Below are positions 40,701 to 45,975 of a DNA stretch of 64,000 nt, one piece after another (the stretch's first letter is position 1; each line of letters opens with the position of its first letter). The stretch spans positions 682,001-746,000 of the forward strand of contig LSRY02000002.1 of NCBI GenBank assembly GCA_001643675.2. Reading direction: 5' to 3'. A program made the position numbers and the translations under genes. The stretch comes from Monocercomonoides exilis PA203. Taxonomy: Eukaryota; Protista; Preaxostyla. The notes beneath the pieces are model-generated. The model was not told the origin of the DNA, made no database searches, and was given only the letters and a program-made list of their open reading frames with translations.

Positions 40701-43700
40701 GACAATTGATCACTCATAATTTGGAATGAAAGATGAGAAGCAAAAAGTTGCATAAGATGCGTTTGATAAAGTCTGTTTGTATAAACATCTGTGCCATTAT
40801 TATGAGGTTGCTTTGACTTACTGTTAATACCTTTCTTCAATTGCTGAGATTGCATTTTTGGAGAGATCGCATTTCGCAAATTAGTTGCTTGATCCGACAA
40901 TGCTGAAGATGCTCCGCTATCAATATTTAGAGGGGCGGGAGAATGACGGTAGCTTGTAATTAACACTTTCGGTTTCCGAGGCAAAGGAGAGTGCGCAGAT
41001 GAAGGTGACGAGAGTTCTGAAGGCGAATGGAACTGCTCGGTGCTGCCTGATGCTGGAGGTGTTAGTAATTTTTGTTTATGTGTTTCATTCGTAGAAATTG
41101 AAGAAGAGGATTCTTGCGTAGATAAAGGAAATGAGGTTGGTGGAACAAGAGATAAACATGTCAGACATGTCAAGGTCAGAGAATGAAAAGGATGCAAATG
41201 AATAAATCTAGATAAAAATTGATAGGTTTGTGTCTTCAAATCGGCACTTGATAAATCAGTGTTTGTATCTATTTGACTTGCAATTGCATCATTATTGGCT
41301 GAAGATGTGGCAAATGCTGCCGACGATAGCTGTTGGAGCGAATGAAGCTTTTGAGTCAGAAACGATTCACATAGCTGCGAATAAGGGACTGAATACAACG
41401 ATTCAGTCAATCCTGTCTGGTTAAATGAAGTTGCAGATTGTTTTCCAGAATTCCACATATCAAAAGATGTACTCACTTGTGTTGAAGTAATAACAGTTGC
41501 AGAGAACGAAACAATCCAATCAAAATATCCAAGAGATTCGCAAAGTGAAAAGGGGAAATGAGAAATTAAACTGCTAAGAAGATGTAAAAAAAGAACAGCA
41601 GCTTTATTGAATGAAGACATTAAATATATGCGACCAAAGTCAGTCGCTTTCATAAATGATACGAATGACATTATCTCCTTTTTCATCTCTGAAAATGAGT
41701 CTTTATTGTCATTTGTGCTGCTTGAAGAAGAAAATGTTGATGTTGACGCAGTGTTGTATTCAGAAGAAATAAAAGAACGATCAGAATTTCTGCTGTTGTT
41801 AGATTTTTGCTTTGTTGAAAGTAGAGGTTGGAAAATTAATTCGTATAAATTGTATGAAAAGCAATTCTCTTGTTCGTCATTTTGTTGTTGCTGCTGCTGC
41901 CGAATAGAAATCGAAAATAAAGTAGAAAAAAAAGCAAGCCATGAATGAACGACATTAAGAAGCATGGCAAATTGTTCGATCAAGCGAAATGATCCAGGAG
42001 AAGGAAACGTTAAAGAATAAGAAGATGTGCAAGGTCTTAACAGTGGTGGGGGTATTTGTGCAGTTTTGACGGTTTGTGGACATTTTGATTGCGCGTTTGG
42101 TGATTCGACTGAAGGAGGAAAAAGAGTAGATGGAGGAAGCTTCAAAGATGAAGAAGGGGAATAGATTCCCGAGAAGGACATGCTTGCCACTCGAAGTGTG
42201 GGCGCAGTGGATAAAGTTGATGCGGTCGTTAGTGATGAAACTTGTGCAGCATCAGCAGATGAAGGGATGTTATTCCGAAAAGAACAGTCAATATTTTCAG
42301 AGGAAGACAATGGAGCAGAGAAAAACGGGAATGTGCTTTCGTCTGATGAAAGACAATCTGCTGGTAATTGTTCAGGTTGCGCTGTATGCTTCAATGAGAG
42401 ATAAAATTCCAAGTCAGAAATAAAATCTTTATCATCTAATGTAGTTTCAAAAAGTTGTATCGTGGCATTCAAAAATGAAAGCTTTGATTCAGCTGTTTGA
42501 ACAAGTCGTTGTATTGAAAGAACAAAGGTTTCGGTTATTTCGCTCATAAGGGGTTTATTTGAAGTTATACTCGTTGAAGTTTCTTCATTCATATTCTGAA
42601 TCATTGGAGATGATGAATTGGTCACTTTCAATGTGGATGCAACAGCTGTCAGAGAGGAAATGCTTGCTCCTGGGCAAACTAGAGTGTTGCTAGGAGTCAG
42701 TGCATTGTCATTGCTTGCATCTGATTGAAAATCAATAAGCGAATTGTGAAGCGTTCTTGGAGGATTACAAAATTCACAATTTTCCAATAGAGATTCCTGA
42801 AAGATCTGGGGAAAGGAGTTAAAATCGAAAATGTTACTTCCATAAGGTGAGGAGCACTGACTTTCAAAAGTCAATTTTTCGACTGTTTCCGCGGTCATAA
42901 ATTGCGAAGCAGCTGGTAAAGGCGACATTTGAATTGATTGTTGCAGGTTGCTTGTTTGGGGACTTAGTTGTGGATGCAGTGGTGTCTGGAGCGACTGCAA
43001 AATTGGAATAAGATGAACAGAACAAATTGAATCCGATAATAGCAAAAATAAAGAGCTGACATTAAAAAGGAGTGAAGTGTCTGATGGAACATAAGGTGAA
43101 ATGGAAGGTGAAAGTGAAGACTGGGATGAGAATGAAAAGGCAGGTGACGGGCTTGAGAGTGATTTTGTGTTTAATGAAGAAGAGAAATACGATGATGTGA
43201 CAGAGAAAGGAGACAAAGGAGTGGTTAGAAATTGTTGTGAATGTATGCGGTTCTTAATAAAAACAGTGGAAAAGCCTTCTGATAAAATCGAAGAAAAGCA
43301 ATCAAGAAGAAGATTTGTGGTGAAAATGGATTGAGATGAAAGAAAAGCAGAAGCTAAAAAGGAACTGTTCGCACGAATAACTCCATCTTTGCATGAATAA
43401 AGTGTTTGCCGAAAAAATGTCTGATTTTTCATTGAATCAAAGAAAAGAATATCAAATGAATCGATTGTGTCTGTAATAGGCGTGTTGTCATATGTAACTG
43501 ATCGATCTTGCATTTGTTGCACTTCATCTTTCGCTTCTTTTTTCTGCAGATCACTAACCTGTTGTTGTGCATCGTCTTGTTGATTCAATGTTTGATTTTC
43601 ATCTTCTGTGACACGCTTTAGCTTCTGATGGCTTCTTTCCAAGTTTTGTGCAAAATCTTTTGAATTTGCTGAATAGCCATTGGAAGCTTCTTCATTGTCA

Positions 43701-45661
43701 ACATCACTGGCATTGTCTGTGTTGTTATAAAGACCATTCTCATTGCCATCAGCAAACAAAGCACAATTGACACAAAACAAAAGTTTCGAGTAATCATTTG
43801 TGCTTCCATTTCCATCGCACCAAAGCCATTTTCTTCGAGTAAGCCAATTACGTCTTCGAGATAACGAAAGGCAAACAAACATAATCATATTCAGCTTGTT
43901 TATTGAATGGCTGAAAACTGAGAAAGATTTTAAATCTGAATTCTGCTTAAAGCAGTGGTGAAGAAACAGTGAAAGAAAATGTTCTATCAAATGGAGCTGA
44001 TGGAGAAAAAGTGTAGCTTCAAGCTCAATTTTTGAAGGTGCAGGCGTATCTTTTTGTGTAATCGAAGCATCTGTAAGTTCGAGTTCTTTTCCTTCATTTT
44101 TGTCGAAAAAACTGTTTTCTTCTTCAATGAAGCTTTCAGCATCCAGCTCTTCTTCTTGTTGCGTTAAGCTTGAGTTATCACTTTCCGCTCGATCTTTATT
44201 GTTTTGACTTTTTTCATTAATTTGCGTATTCTGAGCCAAATTATTACTTGCTGTCCAATCACCTTCTCCTCCTCGGCACCGAATATCCTTTTGAGCCATT
44301 ATAAACTCAGCTTCCATCAGAGTATTAATAATGTTTTCCATTTGATACTTTGATAGATGCGGTGAAAATGTTGGAGATGACAAAAATTCACCAACGTCAT
44401 TGAAGATACGAGTCGGCATTTCTGGTTCATCAAACAAAGATGCTGTTTTTGTCTCGTTGTTTCGTTTTCGTGTTGCTTTAGGAGAAAATTCAGCTTGTTG
44501 ATTTGAAGGCTGTGCAGTTGCGCAAGCATTTTTATCTAGCTCATCTGTCCAAATACCGTTCAAAGCTAAGAGGCATTTAATTGCACAGCATTTAACAGCT
44601 ACAGGTGCTGTGCGTATCAAAACAAGCAACGAAGGAACAAGTAACTTCCACAAGTGTTCTGGATGCAACTCTATTGACAATTTGCAAACAGTGTCCTTAA
44701 AAATGTTCTGTTCTAATTTTTCATTTGTTGATTTCTCTTCTATTTTTTGAAATTCATCCATCGAGGGAGGCTTGTATTGATCAAAAAAACTTGGTGAACA
44801 TTGTGATAAAAGCTCGAGAACCGTTTGCATCAGTTCGGTAATTTCTCCCACAGTTCTCAGTGGAAGAAAGCAATTTGTTAGCGTTGATTTCTCATCAGTG
44901 GAAGCGGATGTGTTTAAATTGATTGATTCCGTATCTTTTGGTTGGCTTGATGCACATAGATGAAAAATTTTTTCCTGAACAATTTCGGATAATAATTGAA
45001 ATGTCCTTAGAAAAATTTGTTTTCCTCCATCGAGTGATGATGATAAAAAATTATATGGAGGATTTGAATCAAAAAATAAATATGCATTTTGAGATATATG
45101 CGAAAAATTGAAAGTACTTCCAACAGAATCAGATATACGAAAATAGCTTGGTATTCTAAATTCGTTTAGGAATGTTGGAAGTAGCGATTTTTTCGCAATA
45201 TCCTTTGATATGAAAGGAGAATGAGATTGTAAAGTTAATGTCCAAAGTGATGACAAATCAGACAAAAGAATTGTTAGCCCATGTGCAGCTAGTCGTTGAA
45301 ATAACATTGATTCATCGCTTGAACTTGTTTTTGCGCGCAAAAGAGACTTCATTGCCCCAAGAAGAGCAGGAAATAACTTTGTTTCGTGATAAAATAAATG
45401 TGAAAGTGGAAGTAAATGGCATAGTAATGTATGTGCCGGTGGGCTAGAAGTAGAATAAAAGATAGAAGGTATTCTATTTGCGATTTGCTGAATAAGACGG
45501 AGCAAATTAACAGCAGTTGATCTTTTTTCATTTGTGGAGCAAAAGTGCAGTAATAGTGGTGGAAGTATCGTTCTAAACTTGTTAGAAAATTCTGATGGTA
45601 TCGCCTTTGGTTCAAATAGTCCATTTATCTCTTCTATAAATGAAAAAGCCGATATTTCCAT
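19742..45661 (-). CDS. ATR: ATR/Mec1/Rad3-type PIKK serine/threonine kinase, 8639 aa
   Basis: C-terminal kinase domain (KSGDDMRKDMRLMEFNSLVN, GYIIGLGDRHLDNI, HVDFSLLFDRG, VPEIVPFRLTQNMV) and FATC (LSRMYYGWAAWI). FAT motifs (AIACHAFPRALFYLD, LQQIYTALGNDDELRGV, TYSRVYPDLVHLHALHDI) and the ATR-type HEAT motif AAECYGELGAMNP are also present. Confidence 0.9.
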   Translation of the reverse strand: MEISAFSFIEEINGLFEPKAIPSEFSNKFRTILPPLLLHFCSTNEKRSTAVNLLRLIQQIANRIPSIFYSTSSPPAHTLLCHLLPLSHLFYHETKLFPALLGAMKSLLRAKTSSSDESMLFQRLAAHGLTILLSDLSSLWTLTLQSHSPFISKDIAKKSLLPTFLNEFRIPSYFRISDSVGSTFNFSHISQNAYLFFDSNPPYNFLSSSLDGGKQIFLRTFQLLSEIVQEKIFHLCASSQPKDTESINLNTSASTDEKSTLTNCFLPLRTVGEITELMQTVLELLSQCSPSFFDQYKPPSMDEFQKIEEKSTNEKLEQNIFKDTVCKLSIELHPEHLWKLLVPSLLVLIRTAPVAVKCCAIKCLLALNGIWTDELDKNACATAQPSNQQAEFSPKATRKRNNETKTASLFDEPEMPTRIFNDVGEFLSSPTFSPHLSKYQMENIINTLMEAEFIMAQKDIRCRGGEGDWTASNNLAQNTQINEKSQNNKDRAESDNSSLTQQEEELDAESFIEEENSFFDKNEGKELELTDASITQKDTPAPSKIELEATLFLHQLHLIEHFLSLFLHHCFKQNSDLKSFSVFSHSINKLNMIMFVCLSLSRRRNWLTRRKWLWCDGNGSTNDYSKLLFCVNCALFADGNENGLYNNTDNASDVDNEEASNGYSANSKDFAQNLERSHQKLKRVTEDENQTLNQQDDAQQQVSDLQKKEAKDEVQQMQDRSVTYDNTPITDTIDSFDILFFDSMKNQTFFRQTLYSCKDGVIRANSSFLASAFLSSQSIFTTNLLLDCFSSILSEGFSTVFIKNRIHSQQFLTTPLSPFSVTSSYFSSSLNTKSLSSPSPAFSFSSQSSLSPSISPYVPSDTSLLFNVSSLFLLLSDSICSVHLIPILQSLQTPLHPQLSPQTSNLQQSIQMSPLPAASQFMTAETVEKLTFESQCSSPYGSNIFDFNSFPQIFQESLLENCEFCNPPRTLHNSLIDFQSDASNDNALTPSNTLVCPGASISSLTAVASTLKVTNSSSPMIQNMNEETSTSITSNKPLMSEITETFVLSIQRLVQTAESKLSFLNATIQLFETTLDDKDFISDLEFYLSLKHTAQPEQLPADCLSSDESTFPFFSAPLSSSENIDCSFRNNIPSSADAAQVSSLTTASTLSTAPTLRVASMSFSGIYSPSSSLKLPPSTLFPPSVESPNAQSKCPQTVKTAQIPPPLLRPCTSSYSLTFPSPGSFRLIEQFAMLLNVVHSWLAFFSTLFSISIRQQQQQQNDEQENCFSYNLYELIFQPLLSTKQKSNNSRNSDRSFISSEYNTASTSTFSSSSSTNDNKDSFSEMKKEIMSFVSFMKATDFGRIYLMSSFNKAAVLFLHLLSSLISHFPFSLCESLGYFDWIVSFSATVITSTQVSTSFDMWNSGKQSATSFNQTGLTESLYSVPYSQLCESFLTQKLHSLQQLSSAAFATSSANNDAIASQIDTNTDLSSADLKTQTYQFLSRFIHLHPFHSLTLTCLTCLSLVPPTSFPLSTQESSSSISTNETHKQKLLTPPASGSTEQFHSPSELSSPSSAHSPLPRKPKVLITSYRHSPAPLNIDSGASSALSDQATNLRNAISPKMQSQQLKKGINSKSKQPHNNGTDVYTNRLYQTHLMQLFASHLSFQIMSDQLSFSSCERILSCKIKETFCSEKKHSSNNCISPPRSEIIFSLINLLISIPSHSSISSYCAQLIPLFAPHFPFVSPPQLHSLISTLVSFPSLSLMTHSLPLSFLTTKNSDLPFKGLPPLPISPQLLPSIALTLNIRSRIFNKHPRLRHFSNESVASSVGSIYCAFSSFERLSIAEDTVMKKKKNDLDDKMRADDQSTVPLRRSNFEQKQTHKQKVSLIALAESTFFTRTMDTNTEMLSSHFLDASSSSSYRLTPMSACNTQPNSLPLETVNRTTSAVGSSHSSHHRKTQCPRGEKRHIGNMKLQESLYAIVDGPQQAQITPNKVRLTQSQSLGQQSTQLNNCLNCEISTPFYRCSHLFVPKAQQNPFLDDISYSYSKSFSSPFISFFSWMDWIQQHNPLSSSSYSPSTLLSTAFKDNSFVSYGSACFESDYQSALIYLICNNLDISIPHVVASGPCPLLLSSVIFNDDTSQIQSASSSFMEQIDSSQTRSAMSSFDVTSQSASQSSQPIASKGSQASQQARKNQQSIDLDSSSQLPILISSPVPQQLSLQSLISPMLLSSLDTLSSFYSLEALFTKSSRGIFCTNKFAFLSFNSAISSGVIPLSLKQPLNHIKCTLCHHQQNFNDLFAESEIAMPLSFDSSLLFHPLSSVSKQKHSSLQSQSQRFNSNSTYGKRSSSQIDDICQSPYNRASQNSFYSYGSLSVSPSNDFSSAIASTTKNSQTLKKALSRTESFSRHKHQHSIHRRFQTLTTTKGRTSLLNRFFDVFTPQQSECYYSGHTTGDCLVDSTCFMVKSSRNSEKYRHKSELQRKASSFHERSTPNRTETRQSQSVSRTVLSKHFSPLRMYSSFLSLLAWSPLFSLIQPIYETSVRRSFLLHSLPAFLIHAPLGELMEHRSLLKSALFLLSDARDPVVSAAAKLFPLFIQPRYAPIGLMSLRGRTFEKRSQFAFPLSPTSEKKQDNDSARKSPSKQQTSKIPPSPSSFKSPQSSSSSSPRREPLARKNSNRLYMLQQRYKERMSQTQSPTQQSPQQLSPRNSNDRTLDSNRPKPAAYSPVTERNVSASPKYHEHSVSFMEKIRSDSSISSLFMPFHVGIRFVKSYQVSNGLSNDEKMTALTTSGEASSKCLKNINNKISAYSYQNGWAIVPTINLDEIVEEGGQNSLQQSKSSERKNEQSNSGSRSDTDSLSFHFSLSLSPDKRSSIPSTISATPLPACIPSSSSSTVSSTQQVTLATAASIQSSLIRLFSSEGPALNKLEASPENRLAMNRAVRLINETEKQQQQQIKQHSREERSERGISFRVKVTRKSSKNVEGKGDDKGESKEAGKFSESYNKKISLSDESGDEFDEDATSDGDSDDSVEIVSSEVMAKLLSPKHKPLRPPLLLSPPPVSKMIASGKQKSLSAIMTSTIRSMIDPNEQNTTLKQLVNGDEHDEDVDDDETGTIEEGDAADGETTRLTRCGEEDNRELWNKDKLCCSIDRKEDQLATSASDSERSLKQRKSAEPLQTSLSNKDPSKASSDSTTSPMSQLMTNAGNSLNAQQSVFSVSTPKLPRAVLPFQTPETTFELDWSSTSAIGPLTQQPLMSQLFNINPSTSSHPVSATGTPLHLSEGFSPVQDQPGTTAQATFQQRLTSTSATSVPSLFSPPVDDSQLIALVGQNGMETKDISESQSVKPSVISLQSSSTGDVPSITQPKPSPLKPINNSISFEQLTQQQISLLSTLPSSVFTLHYTLALILFPSALIRKGESAWSTAVILKALEQKESKNQQRKLKEQRKKGKKGGSAHRKSSPSQLVFSPPLKKTSSLAMFKRTTSSSGAAASSTSSSAALKTSSSSSSLPSSEIDAPAFSTQNDTSFQFHLPNSPKSLSSSIMSSQREWTDTTGCSILIRRLVGIYELVQEIRTENATLLAKDEQYPQSPHSIASMIGSLGQSMMNWMLRQFLTVQLFTKFGSTQQNINYFPPLLNRVPTWPVQILNKKNKKSSTKTELSNKHHSLFQQKYLQTVKSHTQEITKTARIQTQNDPFAVSSTPSSAASFASNSIGLSSFPSLTLANSTMKTPLVYTPASPSVLERNSTKTLHGLNGRKHPIQPLSSSHSLSEKLSMKIVDLTCDSNDEKPEQSYSGSASTLPVSPSLTTLTHSPISLAVSPKTMSTLQAPLSRPTATMQLAPSSSFSISSSNFSPSPSAEASPMLPFPSSTTTTNNTKLPSAINATTQSTPKKRTLGLKLDSKGIRASGLTKKLHDTKTIASSLAHSPQIVTQTSSSTTALLANSSSSHSTSLTSHSMLHDVTASPRKRALSPLSLGTSQNASSSTYSSSLPAISPAALTRKPSINELYNALQASQNKVTSTGIDVGDLNLTMQKKRGAIVDSRLSTNNIKGDSAKSEQGQATVKVQYTKHKMISKENGDEVMDAQMNAISSNDEIKRGKRIGIEISSLSESSTETSGELSYSESDEYTEATADADSTSSTEQQIEELNNSWECMNVLMSPLRVSPSNFFTESKSDEDDSIMTVGAATNILSIIISERSRHLRVQTDRNKAQKAISVLSTCLKRDLFEHSSTSKSLSSLVRHPLYSFPVSFVELFLLTCLKDKDTDVRRLSIESLESWAEAMGLESVELLLSPIETAVAAFVVKTMTEDSIDTTLATITTKNQKWAELIYLLQKLKPESSALNQLQKQFRQQKMRFLSDPFSIFMHFSFSSESSLLSGESSTSSFGSAQMQNESEELKRIKPTEIAPLFFFSCFSSPQPPPLLCTIPILCYHTTPKDYLSSFFPSALAQLFIESLIETRERRFAERKQHFQEQERSALCLAVGQDDANNSSKQQRTATTGTNTLPSSSTSASLRAQSAKDNVAAELTKQKATPAHQMSKLTSSLYTDSANPATYSRFLPEKQQNPLNTPTVNSEAGPQVLTQYVFPDYLILLSQILYPHPLYTSSASSTLPQSSAQATPKASTSTTTAPSPLTTTSIFDSTSAETVGNGSRMKNAQSSAQTNTSSATASSSSATSSTSSSSSSSSAAQQTSTPQQNMLSHIEADKRRTIHMIASRTLIIENLALFTYSLMTHPDEAATRFAISSPARFCSPSPTNRAHSFVESPPTSPTRTLNVVKTPSRPEFQSQTRFSDELQMNSIQPEPLSSLGIDFIMTTLGISSFSSFFGLVQYPLLEHVIMEIGKASREEMFNFDIDENSDIQNKSSKNTKLSSQNSFSFSSFSSSKQYSSSSTSSSSPPFATLIRIADICFQQTELKRTQPTSPPSSHITSSPSSPSDSSSASSSGSATNGMMPSVISSTPRFTFSESPNMSAFHPFPRPMTAAGQVGLSSPRSLMQSPSDVLQLSSSAIIDLDLYLMAPVLSNAPLSCSVQAYSAAVASATRTGKTHPFLNQQFNTTAALPHNLRTSFSAESQVASQMPVSPTFSQVQNLNCAQFEVYRELAFVQSAPSVLANNFDPSSACLVSHYLQGNFLHVVAFLSSVLRSSSLDKQLIAFDALCALIPLIYLNNSMVERKRPDEKESIEKNEHSETIRTKTNLVEDDEDSDRMDEVVTSKPQHDSKHLNPQSPEDSETDEGGRTRSTVADGKTSKADGENKKRGQKKVIADKTEAENLEKASEHLYEEDDEIIIETRSGRKRVKIREVQKGRGAANRHKVDEMSSNETGRSHSTDDEDVKEHENEAGKVKAEADETEAGKKTRASSKRGAAATLTPSRKRGKGRPARGRGGRARRKTKAAATSASSAEEQESLSSQDMAFKIPQTTEQNAALLQQTESKQKTALQTGMGGLLDTSSSLLPDATIPVPSSLSAAIPATLAATITSPSPQFAPPQALPQKAIPKVSVITEDTNTKAVAQPAAAGASSVFSPPIKNLTYKSESNINNQNMNEAILRQLQEHPQQTPLFPPRSTVYPPSTSVLHSKSLFSPNVPFQPDRSLSGLENITIPSISTFVESSLPKLLATLRWACTSIFHPSFFEFSSKQHSKEPKSFVSDKKVLNASSQGNKGSSLSYSFSDESSSTDQQKLESNELFLRHSLFLSACQTYRTLIISLSPSLCSPFIPQLIGDILPLLITILSNLREDPETLFSSKDGEETESEQHSLRILRLIQNQFIHSRQVPFLSSQINAQKQRLKMDIENQAYDEPKKQEQTSEIAAILFKKRCKSLLSLFSLLVSMFWPPQRLCDAILAQKILMNPEIHETSAVTNLSTLLLESSSMQKIQKVQSSLSTLLFIDPSQFNLLRTVLKPDYALVTLFEVPYLPFVDSPIQKNAYQSNNALDVSHDQTLSFHELFLKQLPSLHIFHQFVFIARGLTHVSASVRLLSLSQLRHLVIRPNRFFFFRALLQIAEQEGGGAPMKIPPSIETILQAYQRVKNSLPTASQASSSVTSDSFIGSPSSSSSSSSQTQLSQLPQSTNYQAQLTVLHAESCTYLLRPICGLLLQLCDDENRDVREAAAECYGELGAMNPTVLSISKLCAEEFIADVIRGSLSLYGIALNSKEHTWLSELPYSLVNILSTPISDPQSGQSSSSSSTPTVTASTSTTALTVASLHERRHREMKIYPIPDPPQPTVLNRSSTNSTPLAADANADGQQTRHSAKDSSNTYAQNQIQPQRGMENPVIIVSKVNNEQQLQKKIEQIEEKGAMSEAVAHSISSVMKSSLFSTNSSKAQKEIFHNSALAIALVELLAPHYRSSTMDEDIIGIALQNLLKFDIANHSIVECPFFNPTAATSAYSANRLASSKDSTDSSNGTRQNSMSASSSSKDQAVQQQMNQAGSRTRGDVASFSLSTREKSDSVFPVFDFLSKSNQGIVTLLRTSRYCASEESTQALPLGNVLVSSFAPEKNEMLLERSGSIANDDNTSSSVSGSLPFASKNMTIRDGDVTLTTYTDAPSKNSEANQNNNEDASYKGVGILLSIRKQQHNHRQWLNQWALNICRRAQFLLAPYAKIPSSAEASLVSSPIANGVNEIHLNTSTAILSDELVLHSLPVKLQSSLSTSQINIPCAPFSHFVFQNPFEPSRPTRRVVDGSPCGPPLYKPSSFVSSTPSPSSSSSSHRQIQAPTLQLPPPLPYDQPWLFGPLLVERVNIFKACEYTMDVPELASFLLPYMIQAVVLCGDEKDMNALVDEVCGILKMTLYNEDEDRILNWMAKQGQASDSMLNHCAYGMPLSSSSSSSVLAKNGSQTSLIVSTLSSSSAFSFSSSQVRKVRCEGEVIVSAQLIFSLLDQWTSWLRTRSLLSPIRTRMRQFYERIPLLLLTRAAIACHAFPRALFYLDQHLRIIGYTPRSDKNLKGYSNEISTLLQQIYTALGNDDELRGVARLRESTSILDEISDNSVKAQWREASRGYDQLLAYARTSQSLSPRYSPSASASVTSSSTSDLASSNLPVSESTSLIPVRSTQNVSKIESLSSPSAFSSLELKRPNRTSYINENHSSFSQKWRLHVLSTLQLEYLAMQNLVYFTAHCGLLRCSFQLGQWESVMVNSRSAITPVSSELNGQLKQVESMNETLKIEVKERRKSSSEVQRSSSSIQHSEVSKQNISEQNTSSSGDSQNQKKKDTEANREKFIDLTTASLHLLSSKLADLNAEIESTAIQTTWRMGQWERIESSDLYHSQEERLKQKADSGCQSSSVPDSPVTSTSNISFESLVGLSISAMASMNNSLFKEIMGQAHDALLPRITASANETYSRVYPDLVHLHALHDIDVGRKWIDKLCLWIEKRILSCLRSSVSFQVQAQLSPSLKQPSTSISASSSSASTLLSEEDTVSITDLPFSPWPEWTERMKVIHPSYSELELLHSLSRACMKIANEHIHMYFDLINQWIALVKSEEDSEEQRRKRRMREMEKEPKNREFEANKPSFKERIMTQENDMKMVDDNKENGDDEEDDVIIVGSSSSSSNRNPIDISKAQSITYYTKTFEQDTLSLIRLLGSSSATSALLNVESEIITLLFTHSSLSVASYEETARQARKAGCFDASAAMHTFASVEIESLKSLQNTLNSVKEMKTRSSNSDLTKVLSTTSSEAVSNEIDQSMFPYLAASYYHPSSSSHLACFPFPQPSSSIQMSSVSPSVQKLSHKGKPQGSLDSVISSLEWTLLLEKCKLLVAQNKEEVAATMLQNDVTKREDLTQANIFSAHKVKKMIVPIISKRVSNPSLLSSMYLDDAKSASVFIRASLFAAKLWEKTGMRPADDIRKFLGKVIEMNPRLEKGHFQLAQFSLKTWNEINEKLMQMTGRSVSNFGEREGERGKASEGKTKSGRGVERDSRRRDREREEIEELEKESRLHLLEVVKELSITLINGIKYQRHAMSLLLKLMMTYFIPEMQKYIESIPVIHFYDVLSHLISNLSCYDKTLAFFQSDIIANVLSAYPIHAYWYALTIFEPFQPIIPSSTQPQQLLQGQSSSSSAFSMNAGTGSVMFTTANGKISAALAPQLAAQSRQVPEVQTMSREEIKKVMQERQKIIIDNVSRVVHRSFIQSKCLEMQQHTSSSTNQFSYSAMKNYYGSQMAAISAPNDINQLPPVPQIPPIKKPSSRVSHSVPSSRDCFNPQDIQHPWIAFQTARNILLQFSTPKEYFEGPENQKKRLSSVPLAKFMLSPTLRIPLAIPTARNLSILPGSYVSARPACSQLMQTSIEQDQKSLSKAPSDCSSIVTTSSSSSSSLAASNSSQRNQWNILRGTSLTQQLVTIHGLDKTVEFLQSAMVPRKIAFVGSDGKSYMFLVKSGDDMRKDMRLMEFNSLVNNMLESDEVARARHVQMKTYSVIPVTRSSGMLEWVHGLAALRAIVSDLYPKYTGYTIHMFFDIYKKNIDYDPKKPESIKALLSRIEQFTRLCQLASPVLHEFFLSERIDVYDWMEMTANFVRSNAVWSIVGYIIGLGDRHLDNISLIGTTGEVMHVDFSLLFDRGNRLNVPEIVPFRLTQNMVDVFGVTGVEGSFSCVCAIVLRVLRRNADCLLSVWESLFHDAVYAMPTEIITTEQQVRVIMAQMRTRLMGGMSDAPQSVEANVHFLISEATALEKLSRMYYGWAAWI

Positions 45662-45975
45662 TTTTAGAATATTCTGCTTCTAAAAATGGGACATCCAATT
45701 TCTTGGGAGCATATTTATCATCTTTCTTCTTTTCACAAATGTGTTGATAGGAAAAAAGTAATTTTGCATTTTAAGTTGTTTTTCTTTGGAATTTAAATTC
45801 ATCACTTTTTATTTGTTCAAAAAAATCATCTATTTGTAACAATATTTATGATAAATTTTGTAAATGTTGCATTTTAACAAATAATTAAAATAACAAAGAA
45901 TAAAAAATCAAAAAGAAAGAAAAAGAAAAAGAAAAGAAAATCAATCTATTGAAGTTAATAAAAAATAATATTAAA

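Noticed and set aside
19851-45624. Numerous antisense and alternate-frame ORFs (up to 231 aa) within the ATR gene and other long CDSs
   Set aside because: Expected shadows of long Ser-rich coding sequence, with no independent domains.
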